From contig NW_024704742.1 in assembly GCF_018977255.1 (NCBI RefSeq), forward strand, positions 33,668,001-33,732,000: DNA of 64,000 nt. The letters are read 5' to 3'. This stretch comes from Callorhinchus milii. Taxonomy: Eukaryota. A program made the position numbers and the translations under genes. The notes beneath the pieces were generated by a model that was not told where the DNA came from, ran no database searches, and saw nothing but the letters and a program-made list of their open reading frames with translations. Numbering within the stretch: the stretch's first letter is position 1; every line of letters starts with the position of its first letter. Shown piece after piece: positions 11,539 to 24,300 of this stretch.

Positions 11539-11700
11539 TGCCCGAACTGGACTGGAGACAATGTCGCTTGTCAATTACCCGATTTGGGGCGTGTTTTTTG
11601 CTGTCCTGTGTGTGTGTTTTTAAAAAGCGCTTTGTCCGGGGCCTAATTTAAATCAAGACGATTTAAATTCAAACCCGCGAAACCTTCTCTCACAAGGTTT
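11030..11700. promoter_or_regulatory. CpG island and bidirectional LARP7/ZGRF1 promoter
   Basis: CpG-dense 11030-11300 between divergent genes. TGACG half-CRE at 11187 and 11230, GC box 11247-11255, CHR-like TTCAAA 11668-11673 and E2F-like CCGCGAAA 11675-11682. Candidate LARP7 exon-1 donor (minus GTGAGC) at 11044. Confidence 0.75.
11400..11538 (+). mobile_element. SINE 3' end with long (TTA)n tail, inside the promoter region
   Basis: CAAAATACACAGTCACT...GCACTTTGGGACGTC...TGCAAG followed by (TTA)n. Confidence 0.8.
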
Positions 11701-12350
11701 AACCCTAAATCGGCTTCTGTGTGTCTGTGTCAGATGAGGCTACTATTTTGGCGAGTGTTTGGTGGGGTTTTGGGCTGCAAACTGCATTTTAGTTTCTGGC
11801 AAACCTTTGCTCGGAGGTTGGTCAGGGGATGGTCAGCTTGAGATGTTTGTGAAAGTCCTCTTGGTTGTTTATTAAACAATAAATGATGGGCAGGTGCCCG
11901 GGTAAACGTGGCAGAGCTGCAGTCAGTTGCAGCCACTCTTTATTGGGCACTAACAATTGGTGATGCTTAACCTGACTTTAGAGAAGCTTGTTGACGTATG
12001 GGAGGCATGAATGCACTGATGGGGAGGGCAAATAAATATTTTTTCCAGAACTTTGTTTTTTGTTGAAAGAATTCTACTTAGATTCTCGATAATTACACAT
12101 TATGATTGTCAGACGGAGGGGTATACAGTTACAACAGCTAAAAATTGTCTACTCTGTTACTGCACTTTGATTAAAAGTAAATCATTTGCTGTCACAGTTT
12201 GATGGGTGACAGAATAGCTTTAAAACCTGCGAATACACAGCATTCAATTAAACCACTGAAGGTGCACGTAAGCTAACAGGTTTGTTTTGTTCATTTTTAG
12301 CCAATGCAATTGAACAATGAGCTGAAGTGTATATTACGTGACCGAAAAAG

Positions 12351-12371
12351 ATGTACTGCCGAGAGTTTGTT
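12351..12371 (+). CDS. ZGRF1: ZGRF1 coding exon 1 (exon starts 12301)
   Basis: MYCREFV|GTAAGT; acceptor ttcatttttag ends at 12300. Confidence 0.85.
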
Positions 12372-15300
12372 GTAAGTAAATCAGGACATGGTGGAAGGAG
12401 AAAAGGATTTATAATTGTTTATTATTTGTGATGACTGAAATGGCTTTGTGTATTTTTAAAAGTTTTTTCATGTTTAAATTGATTATTTTACTTAAGACTT
12501 GTTATATACCAGCCAAGATGTTTGTTTTTTTACACTCTAGTACTTTACAGATTTCAGGCCTCACACTTAACCCTAAGTTTTAATTGTAGTAGTGAAATTT
12601 ACAGAAATGTCCGTTACATAAGTTAAAATATATGACCAACTAGTGACCATTTGGTGATGTTGGAATCGAGCCAATCCATCTGGCCATAACAAAAGGTAGA
12701 TTATTATTATTTGTAAGATACAAAGGTCAATTGGAGTTTCAATTGTCAAAGTTTTGTTCTGATTTTGATTGCAGGTGTTATACACGCATCAAAAAACAAA
12801 AAAGGCTAAGACATGGCATGATGGGATTTTGAAGATCAGTTCTTCTGGAAGCAAGGTACAGTTATGAAATATTGGTAGAGACACCAAGTCATGAAATGTT
12901 ATTTACCCGTGGGTTGCAATTTGTTTTGAAAATAAATTATTAAGGATAGAAGTGTTTGACTACAATAGTTTTGGATCCCTTTTAGGAACTTGGGTTGACT
13001 CCTACACAAAAATAGAATGAACATTTTTAGTCTGATAGCTGTTTAATCTTTGGAACATTTTAGAAGAATTCATTGGCAAAAGTGAAACAATAAGAGTTCA
13101 AACAAAATATACTGATTACACATTTGAAAAAGCCCAGTGTGAAAATGAGCCTCGCAGATCAGGAAGGTTTCAGGAAGGTCTCTGTCTGGGACTCGAGAGT
13201 TCACTTCGGTGTTCCCTGCGCTAGGGAGCGGCAATATACCAAGATTCGAGTCACCCAAACTATTTTGTGAGTGTCCTCATGCAGACAGCATCAACAGCAA
13301 CAACAACAAGATTACATTTGTATATCGCCTTTCACGTCGGGAGGACATGAAAGGATCAACTTTGGCTGTGGTGCTTCATCTCCCCCCACCCCCCGCTCAA
13401 CTTTTTGCTGTATAGAACAAGCAACAATGTCCTTTGTGTCCCACCCTTATTGATCACTTGGTTCTCTGATCCTATTCAATTTGTGGGATCAGATTGCAGT
13501 GACACATTTTAATTTGCTGCAGTTTGAACCCCAATGTTTTAAATGGATTACCTGAGAATTCACTGTGTAATTCATGTTGTAGTATTGTGTGACAGCTGTC
13601 ACTGTACGTCAAAGTAACTCATCGTGTGAAATGCCTTGCGTTGTTTCAACATAAGAAAGATCTCAAAATAAAGTAGTATTATATTAAAAAAATACTCATT
13701 ACTCATTAATCTGTTCTCTTCAGGCAACATTGTTTGACGAGAAAGGACTCTGCCTGGATTATGTACATGTCAAGCCTGAAGAGGTGCTGTATTATTGCAT
13801 TCATTTCCTTCTGTGCAAAGTAGAAATGTTTTGTGTGTATATTGCTGACTCTAACAAAAATTCAAGAATACTGTATTTTGTGGGTGTGTGGTTGTGACCC
13901 TAAAAGAACTAACATATATTAGATTTGCCAATAATTTTTCAATCGTGTTATCTACAAATATGTTTGCTGACAAATACAGTTACTACATTTAACAGTACTA
14001 CAACATCAACAACATGTAATTCTATAGTGCCCTTCACATAGGATAATGTCTCAAGAGCACTTTAAAATGTGGTGGGTTGGACACCAACTGGTGGTGGGGG
14101 GAGGGGGGGGAAGAGGAGGTGACAAACAGACGTGACAGCTTTTCCTCCACCCCCCGCACTGTCTCGTGTGGTGTCCCTCAGGGCTCTGTTCCCCTCCTCT
14201 TCACCCTCTATATGCTCCCCCTTGGTGACATCATCCGCAGACATGGAGTTAACTTCCACATGTATGCGGATGACACTCAACTCTACCTTTCCTCCTCTAC
14301 CCTCAACTCCACGACCACCGATGTCCTGACAGCCTGCCTGTCCGACATCGAGTCCTGGACGAGAGATAACTTTCTTCAGCTCAACGTGCGCAAAACTGAG
14401 GCCCTCCTGATTGACTCGCGTCAGCGCCTCCGCACCTCAGGCGCTGACAGCATCAGCATCCAAGGCTGCACTCTCCACCTCTCAAAGCAGTCAGGAACCT
14501 CGGCGTTCTGTTCGACCCTGAGCTGTCCTTTCTTCCCCACATCCGCACCACAACTGGCACCGCCTTCCACCACCTCCGGAACATCGCCAGACTACGGCAT
14601 TACCTCACCCCTCACGCTGCTGAAACCCTGGTTCACGCCTTTATCACCTCAAGGCTGGACTATGGGAACTCTCTCCTCGCCGGCCTTCACGGCACCTCCC
14701 TCCACAAGCTGCAGGTCATTCAGAACTCTACAGCTCGTGTACTGTCCCTCACCAGACTTCGCGACCACATCACTCCCACCCTCGCTCGCCTCCACTGGCT
14801 CCCCATCCCCCAGAGGATCGAATTCAAGATCCTCATCCTCGCCTACAAGGCCATTCACGGCCTTGCTCCCTCCTACCTCTCCGACCTACTATCCCCCTAC
14901 TTACCCGCCCGTTCCCTCCGTTCCTCTGGCTCCGGTCTGCTCCACATCCCCCGCCCTAACCGCCCTACCATCGGTGGCCGGGCCTTCAGCCTCTCAGCCC
15001 CGAGGCTCTGGAACTCTATCCCCCAGTGCCTTCGCCGCCTCCTCCCTTCCCCCTTCAAGGCCGGTCTCAAGACCTTTCTCTTCAACCGTGCCTTCACCTC
15101 CCCTCTCGACTTTCTACACCCTCCTCGCTCCCTCCCTTCCCTCCCCTCACCCTGACCATTTCCCCCCAATGCTTGGGTCCTGACCCAACTGTCCAGTGCC
15201 TTGGGACGTCCTCCCGACGTGAAAGGCGCTCTGTAAATGGAATCTTGTTGTTGTTGTTGTGATCGCAGAGATAGGTTTTAAAACAGGACTTAAAGACAGA

Positions 15301-18300
15301 TAGAGAGGTGGTGAGATAGAGGGTTAGAGGAAGGGATTTACAGAGGTTAAGGCATAGAATCTGAAAGCTCCGTCTCCAAAGGTGGTGGGGAGAGAATGAG
15401 GGACACTTAGCAAACATGAGTTAGCTGAGGGAGGGGGTGAACAGAGGAGTAGGATTGGAGAAACTCAGAGATAGGGAAGTGCTGGGACGTGAAGGAATTT
15501 ATAGTTGAGGATGAAGTGAAGTTGATTTGCTGGGAGCCAGTGAAATGTGGCAAGAACGGAGGTAATGGAGAGTAAATTCTGTGTAGTGCTTTGAAATGTC
15601 TTTTCGACGTGAAAGCCATTATCAAATGCAACGATTGTTGTTATTGTTAGCTTCATTTATGTTTTCTGCATTCATAGATAAAATCGGGAGATGATTTGGA
15701 AAGTGACCGATATTTGATCACTGTAGAGGAGGAAAAAGCTCCCAAGAATGATCAGGCTGCTTGTCCTCACCAGAAGGAGGCCCCGAAGCTTGGTACCATC
15801 AGTAAAAGGCCTGCAATTCCCACTCGGTGTCACCTACCTGTGGGTCTGAAAAGGAAGTACACTGTATGTACTGATTTTAATAATGATTTTGTCGCAGTTA
15901 TGTAATAGTTCATTGTGTTTTAGATGTGTTTATAATTTTACAAAGGATTGCAATGATTTTGCATTCACTGTGCTTCATTTCCTCCTCTTATAGGGTTTTC
16001 AGGGTCCTCGGGAAATACAGTCACAAAAGAAAGTCACAGTAGAAGAAAAAGACATAGTGGGTGTAGTGATGAAGTCCCAAGAGCATAGCCTTTCTCTTCC
16101 TCCTCAGTTTTATGCTACCTCTCCCCTCTTTTCTACTTCATACATGAAGGAAAGGATGACTTCAGTTTCTGGAGTTTCGGCACTTCCATCTGTGAAAGAC
16201 AGCACAGCTAATTTATCAAGGGAAGTTGCATCCATCTCGTCCTTACCCACTGCACCTTATTCAAATTCTATTCAGAAATCGAATCCCAAGGAAGAAATCC
16301 ATGCTTTTTATTCAACGGCAGGCCCCAGGATACCCCAGACAAGTTCCATCAAAGGGCTATGCCAAAAACTTCAGTTTACTGTAGCAAATAGCCGCCCTGG
16401 AGCACATCCCCATCCTGAGGGAGTGCAGGAAAACAGAAGGAGCAAAGCACAGATTTTAGCACTTATTGACTTAAGTGCATTGCCGAGTCCTGACGTTTTG
16501 GAAACCTTCAACACTAAGCAGCAGAAGTCTTTGCCTCGTGGCAGAAGCACCACGTGCACAGTAGAAAATGCTACTAGCCATCCGGGGGTAAGTTGTTTTG
16601 ATCGTTCTTGCAGTGTTATTGAAAATGAGAGTCCAAGATTGGAAGAGACTCGAGATGCAATGGAATCTCACGACTCCAGTGATAGCTTAATGATGGATTT
16701 ATCTGTGGACATGGGTGGGTCGTATTCTTACCAGAATAGACCAGAAGTGGAACATCAATGTGAGGAAGACAACCTGTATTCTAGTAATGCAATAGCAGGG
16801 GAAGAGTCTACAGATCAGCAGATTGATGTCACTGCTGATTCGAGGGAAACATCAACAACTGAAGCATCAGAAAAGCCTGTGAAAGCACCATTTGTAGAGG
16901 TGTTTTCCGATGCTGGTTTCTCATTACCCTCGTCTGGTAAGAACGCTGAAGAAACCGTTGTACCAAATGAACCAGACTCAGGAGGCAGTAAACCTTTTGC
17001 TGACATAAGCTTTGACCTGCTGGATGACTTTATCCTGGATGAAATGAGAAGTACTGATTTGTGCACAAACAATGCTGAAAAGTTATTGCAACCAACATCC
17101 AACAGCTGCACCTCCTATAAGAAACTTGGAAGGTATACTTCAGCTGAAGAAAAGAAGTTTGGAAATGATTTAGAAGCTAGTTGGACTGAAGGTGAGGAAA
17201 TGGAAATGAGATTTCCTGTTGCTGCTGAGGAAGAGAACATTTCTCAGCTAATGCGGGAGGAATGCTGTGACAACATTAAACCAGGAGCTCTCCTAAAGAC
17301 TGAATCTTCAATGGAAGCACAGCCTTCACCGAGTCGAGAAATACCTGTTCTTGAAGCAGAGGAAAGCAGAACGAGTGCTGATGTGTACCCTTCTCTACCC
17401 GAACAGGAAGGTAGCATTTTGTTACTAAAATCTTTATCGGAACATGTCACTGCATTAGAAAGCTTGAAAAAATTAACAGAGTCCAAACATTTTGAAGACT
17501 CAGTAATTAAGGGAGGCTCAACATCAGCACTTCTGATGCAGGAAGAGATTCCTGGAGGTAAGATTTTCTTATCATTACTTTGCATTACTAATGTTAACAT
17601 CCTGACCTCTCGGGGCACGTTTACTTACGATAGATTTTGCAACCTGTGGGTTCTAAGTGGATCCTTGTAAGCTCAAGTCTAGATAGTGGGTGTTAACAGC
17701 ATATTTGATCATGGAGAGCATTTGAGTCCTGATATTCATAAGCACATGTACACTTTCCAGTAGGGAATGGTAGTAGCCCTTGCAGATTCCCCACACCATG
17801 GCTCTTGGGCATTAGAATCTTTTTATTAAAAATCCACATTTGTAACACAGGTTATTTGACATTATAGAGGAAGACTTATGTAATCATTTTACTTATTTTT
17901 TAAAAAACAAACTGCTGTGGTGCAGATGTGCAAGTAGTTTTATTCTAAATGTTCACACATACTTTTGTAACTATTTCAGATTTAGCCGTTTTACCACCAG
18001 GTTAAGTGGATTCTTTGGATCCAATATCATTGCAAGCTGGTGTTTTATTTATGTGCCTGTAACCTGCAATACAGTTGTTCACGTTCAACTTTTGACAGAT
18101 TTATTTTCAAATTCGTGAACACATATTTATTTACGCCTGGAATGACCTGTGGATCTGAGTAATCATTGACATCTTATTTTGTTTCCCAGCTCTGAGCGTA
18201 TTTGAGTCTGACTGTCCTGTGCTTGCTGTGAAGAGTTTGCCTGCAGGTTATAGCTGGGCTCCAGCTGAGGTACAGTAGCTTAGTTTGAAGTTGAGTTTTG

Positions 18301-21300
18301 TTGTTTCCTTTCTCTGCAGTGTTAAACCAACGAAAAGCAAATTATTTCTCTACAGCTCTCTTTGTCAGGTTTAATGCTTCCCCCTTATTATAATCTTGAT
18401 ATAGAATCATGAGCATGTAAATTGCTTCTATTGCTTGTAAAATGGCTCTGTGATACAGTATAATTAGATTTTACAGCCGAAAGGATGATGGGAACAAGAG
18501 GAACCTATGGGAAAACATTTATCAAAATTCAATTAAAAAAAACGAACATAATATTAGTGAATATCCTGATTGCTGTCCAAAGCCCTTTGCTGAAGGGTCC
18601 ATGCCAGCGGATGGTTGTTGGCGACTACAGGATCATGCTCCACAATGGTGCCCCCAGTGGCCAGATGTCTAGCTTCACACATGAATAATGGCCACTTTGA
18701 CAAGGTTTCAAGAGAGCAGCTGGTACCTATTGAGTCGTAGCCCACAAAATCATCAACGCCTTCAAGAGAGGAAGGAATGGCGAAAAGTAGAAAGAAAATC
18801 CACTGAATGGAGGGCTTAAAGTCACTGAGTCAAGGTGTACATAAAAGAATCTGGGCTGAACCAATTCTTAGGACATACATATTCCCAGCCTGTCTGCTGA
18901 ACTACATTAATTTCATGGTCATTTTTAAAAAAAGATAAAGTTATGGTGCCTTTACATTGTGTTTCATGTACAGATACATTTTATTTTTGAAAAGCAATTG
19001 AAGCTATTAAAGTTTGTTTTGTGAACTTTTTCTCTCCCAATTCGTATTCCCTTGTTTTTCTTGGAGTCCTGTAGCTTAGTGGTTAGAGCACTCACCTTGC
19101 AAGCGAAAGGACTTGGGTTTGATTCCCAGGCTGGGTGAAACGTTGGGCAAGTTTCCTTACTCCACATGCCTCTGTTTGTTTAGCAGTAAGTAGGAACCCA
19201 GTTGTTAGTCGATTGGTGCATCACTTTTCTGGGGGTAATAATCCCATCAAAAAAAATAAAATTAATAATAATTTGGTCACTCACTCCACGACTGTTTGTG
19301 GGACATTGTTGTGTGCAATTGGTTGCCGTGTTTAGCCCACAAAATATACAGTCAATTCACTTTGCAGTATATTCTGTGAAGCATTTTAAGACATCTAGAA
19401 GACATGATAAGGCGCTGTATCAAATGCCAGAATATTTACACTAAAATGCAGGTCTGAGAAAGGGAGATCTTACTTTAATAGTCAAGATCCTAAGGAGTAT
19501 TGGCAAACTGAACCCTAATAATATGTTTAACACAGTCAATACACTAGAACAAGGGGATTCAAAACTCTGCTATTTTCAAGATTCATGGGAACCTGAATTT
19601 ATGCAGTAATTAGTAAAAGACAAACCCAGGGAGCAGGGTGAAAGCAAATTGTGTCAGCAAATTCAAAAGGGAATTTGATAATTATTTGAATACTTCAATT
19701 AAGGGGTATAAGAGAGAAAGAAATGTTTCATTGTGTTTTGCTTTAGTACTTTTTCCAGTACTGTAGTTTTCTCTCTACTGCTCTGACACCGTGTCAAAGT
19801 AGTTTATATTTAGCACAGATTTAAACATGCAGGGTGAATCAGATATCCTTACTCATAAAATGTTTTTAATTATGTGTTTTTTTTAAGACAACATTTGTAG
19901 AGAATATGCAGCTATGACAGGAAATGTCTTTCATCGCTTTTGTGAAAGTTTTTTTTCACTGAGTTGATACGTGTGAACATCTACATCACTTCAATCCGTG
20001 ACTGTTTGTGGGACACTGCTGTGCGCAATTGGCTGCCGGGTTTTGCCCACAAATATACAGTCATTTCACTTTACAATATATTCTGTGAAGCGCTTTGAGA
20101 CGTCTAGAAGACATGAAAAGCGCTATATCAAATGCAAGGATTATTATTACATGGCCTGCAGTTTGAACATCTCATGTAGACCTATGAGTAAGGACTTTTG
20201 ACTCCCCCTGTATGTGTGTGTATAATATATATATGAAATATAATCAAGGAGGTAGTTTTAGGAAGAGCTGTTCTGTGTTTACTGAACTTTTGCCAATAAA
20301 TGCACAGTTAATAGGCATTTACATTATAGCACCCGGGGGTTAATATGTTGAAACAGAAAGTCGTTCCGCTAATGACAGTGTTTTGACTGCAAGTTATGGC
20401 AGCCAGTGAGAGCCCTCTGCTGGTCAGTCGGCAGAGCTGTGAAGGGAATTAAACTAAATGGTGCAATTTTTGCAAGAGGTTCGTTATGAAGAAGCTCCGG
20501 TCTATTTGATTTCACCTGATAAATACGGAATCACCACATTTTACAATAACATCTTCTGAAGCACTTACAGACATCCTCCTCATGTGAAAGGTGCTATTTC
20601 AAATGCGAGGATTATCATCTCATCTTTCTAGAATACCCACTCCACCTTCCTCCCATCACGGCATCAAGCTGTTAAACCACTCTTCCTGGTAACATTGTTT
20701 CAATTGTTAATTACCCTCTGGGCAAAGAAATATCATGAGGATCATCAGTTCTGGTGCCCATTCTTGGTACCATAGAAGCAGCCACGTTTATATTGTGCAT
20801 CAGCTTCTTGTGATAGTTACAGTGTGGAGATTAAATCACTATTATTTGTCGTTATTTAGTCAGGGGTACTGTGGAATGCAAGTAACAACATGAGCTGCTT
20901 CTTAAAAAAAAAATCCTTATATTTGGTATGGCACCATTCACATTGGGAGGATGGCCCAAAGCATTTTACAGGATATATTATGAATGGAGTGACAATGTGT
21001 TTGTGGGCAAATGTGGGAGCCATTTTGCACACATCAATATCTCACAAACAGCCATGAAATGAATGACCAATTTTATCTGGAGGTTTGTTGGCCAGGAACA
21101 CTGGGAGAAACTCTTTATTCTTTTTGAATAGTGCCATAAGAACTTTAAAATTCACCTGAACAGGTAGACCATTTCCCCCCTGCTCGTGTCCCGACCCAAC
21201 TGTCCAGCGCCTTGGGATGTCCTCCCAACGTGAAAGGCGCTTTATAAATGCAATCTTGTTGTTGTTGTTGTAGACAGTTTAACATCTCATCTGAAGGATG

Positions 21301-24300
21301 GCACCTCCAGCAATGCACCCCCACCCCCCTACACCCCAGCACTGCATTGGAGTGTCAGCATGGACTATGAGTACAGGTCCCAAAGTGGGGCTTGAACCCA
21401 CAACCTTCCAACACAGAGGCGAGAGTGCGACCACTGATCCCAGGGTCTGTGTGTGTTTGTGTGTATGCATGTATAATTGAGGCTTTAAAAATATAGCTTC
21501 TTATAGCTTTGTTTTCTTCATCTTGTCTTTCTCAATGGTACATATGTATTATTTTAGGCGACAGGAAGTAGACAAATACTGCAAGAACATGTGGATGACT
21601 ATTGGCCGGAAGCTATTACAACAACCAACAGACTACTCAGACCTCCAAAGGTAGCAAGACGCTATATTACATAAAAGTCATTTAACAGTTCAGAAATCTT
21701 TACATCTGCTGAAATATTTAGCTGCAACTTGTTTGAGTTTCATTAATTTTCCACATTGTTCAACTCTGCTCTGGTAAGCATCTCGGCAAAGGGAAATTCT
21801 GGAGAGATATAGTCCAGTGCCTTAGAGGAGCTACAGTTCAATGTCAGTGCTTTCAAGATTAGAACCTCTCTTCACCTATGTTACAGATGTGGGCTGCCTG
21901 TCCTGTGATGGATTTTATTTCTTTTCAAATTTTCTCTTACCAATTTCGGACCCTTTTCATACACTGGAGTATATGTCCAAGTGGCCATTATTCAAGTGTG
22001 AACTTTTACAGTGACCGGTGGAAAAAGATTCAACTTGGGGTGGGGGGGGGGAGGGGCGTCATAGTCGAGACAGATTGTGCCGTAACCAACTCCTTCATAC
22101 GTTCACCTTCCACCAGTATAGTTTCTATGAATGGTCAACAGAAGCAGGAACCCCAGCTGCTTTTTCCCCCTCCTCTCCCTAGCTTGAGTGCATTCTCTCC
22201 AGTGGAGTCCTGTAGCTCAGTGGTTACAGCACTCGCTTTGGAAGCGAGAGGCCTGGGTTCGATTCCCGGCAGGGCGAAATGTTAGGCAAGTTTCCTTACT
22301 CCACACGCCTCTGTTTACCTAGCAGTAAGTAGGAACCTGGTTGTTGGTCGATTGGAGGATTGCTTTCCGGGAGTAATAATTCCTTAAAACAATAATAAAT
22401 TGGTCACTCAATCCATGACTGTTTGTGGGACACTACTGTGCGCAATTGGCTGCCGCGTTTCTTATTGAGGTCACTTTTAGTGTCTTACTGCCATTCTAGC
22501 TGCGATCAGCAAACTCAACCGGCAACTAACCAACTCAGCTGTCTGGTTTTGTCCTACCAACCCCAGACAACCTACTGTTACCAACTTATAAAAGTTCTAA
22601 AATGCATTCTTAACCAAGCAAAATGATATGACTGGAGTTTTTCTTAGTAAACCACATTAGCTTCCGTACAAAATGCCTTGTCTGTCAAAGCTAAATTAGG
22701 TCATATTGTATGCAATGTGAGGTTTGGGTAGATTAGGTAAGAGAGTGAATAGATGAGGTAAAGTGACAATAATCATTGCACTTGATATAGTGCCTTAGTG
22801 ATGGTCTTGCTCTGGCATGCTTTCCATGTACAATAAGTTTTACATTTGCAATGGTTGCCAGGGTCCAAGAGGTCAGTTTCCTTATAGTTTAAGTTTGAAT
22901 AGGATCAGACAAAAATATTTGTAGATTCAGTATTTTACTTTGGTGTCTGGCAAGTTAATGAAAACAGTTTTGGTGTATTTTTACAGGCTGCTGAGTTTAG
23001 AGGGCACCAAGTGAAGGGCTCTGCCACCAGTGACCTGGTAATTAGGGTACCGCAGAAAAAGTTTGAATACCAGAAATGCTTTGATAATTTGTATATGCTT
23101 CAGGGAAGGCTTAGTGCAGACTCTTTTGGCTATGTAATGCCTCCATCGCCAACAAATTCTACACTTTTTCAGGTAAAGCAAACACAAAAGCAGGTGTAAT
23201 CTCACTGGAAACGTGTGCACAATTACACAGATTTTATACATACTATATACATTTTTATTAAAGCTTTCAGAACCAATTGTACCACCAATTGGTGCTCCAA
23301 GTTTCCATGAACAGAATTTAGAAGCTAGTGAAGACATCTGTCTCTGGGATGAAGATGATCATGGTACGTGCTTTTCTTCTTTAATTGAAACGGACGTGTG
23401 TTGGAATATATCTATGATCAATCATATTCCTGTGTGTCTGTTAAATTCCCCACCCCGGGAAATACCTCATTGTGCTGTTTCAATGATTTATCAGGAATCG
23501 GCCTGGCTCATTTGGTACCCTAACTCTAACCCTAACCCTAACTCTAACACTCCTGGTTCTGAGTCAGAAGGGTGTGGGTTCAAGGCCCACTTTGGGACTT
23601 TTGAACTCATGGTCCAATTGATATTCTATTGCAGTTACTGCTGCATTATTGGAGGTGCCATCCTTGGATTAGATGTCAAACTAAGGTCCTGTCTGCCTGT
23701 TCAGGTGGACATTTTAAATTCTCTGGTACTATTCCAGTGGTGGCCCAAGCTTTATGGTTGCCTAACAAAATACATTTTCTTAATTGAATATTTCTTGATT
23801 TATTCCATAAATATATGGGGTGCTTCTTGACTGTCCCACAGGCCACTTCCGGCCTGCAGGCCACAGGTTGGCCACCATTGCGCTATAAAAGGAGAATGGT
23901 GTTTCTCTCAGTGTCCTGGCCAACAATTCCACAAATAAAATTCGTCATTAACTTTGTGGTTGTTTGTGGGACATTCCCTTGTGCAAATTAGTAGCTGTGT
24001 TGGCCCACAAATGCACAGTCACTACATTTCACAGAAACATCTTTGAGATGTCCTCAACATTTAAGCGCTCCTGGACGCTACGCCGTGTGACGGGTGCTGT
24101 ATAAATGCAAGTTGTTTTTGTTTTATTAAAGGCATTAAACCAAATTCAAAAATATATATTTTTATTCTATCCTAGAGCCCATCTTATCATCAAAGATCCC
24201 TGCCTGGTTGAGTTCACCTTCTGCTTCAGAATCTGACTTTGGATTGACGCAATGGCCATCATGGGATTCTCACAAGGTTAATCTATACGGACAGGTGCTG

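Larger units (their letters stand above)
23500..24115 (+). mobile_element. Family B SINE (SacSINE1/DeuSINE-like) carrying two nested insertions
   Basis: GGCTCA.TTGGTA...TCTGAGTCAGAAGG.TGTGGGTTCAAG head and Deu tail; related copies at ~4912-5020, 32365-32445, 43540-43840(-). Confidence 0.75.

Noticed and set aside
18477..18560. Possible extra ZGRF1 exon after ttttacag
   Set aside because: Stop at the fourth codon in the required phase 0 frame
22204..22280. Apparent tRNA genes (also ~1800-1871, 6601, 19063, 53827)
   Set aside because: These are SINE heads: the acceptor stem does not pair cleanly, the anticodon varies between copies, and each continues into the SINE body
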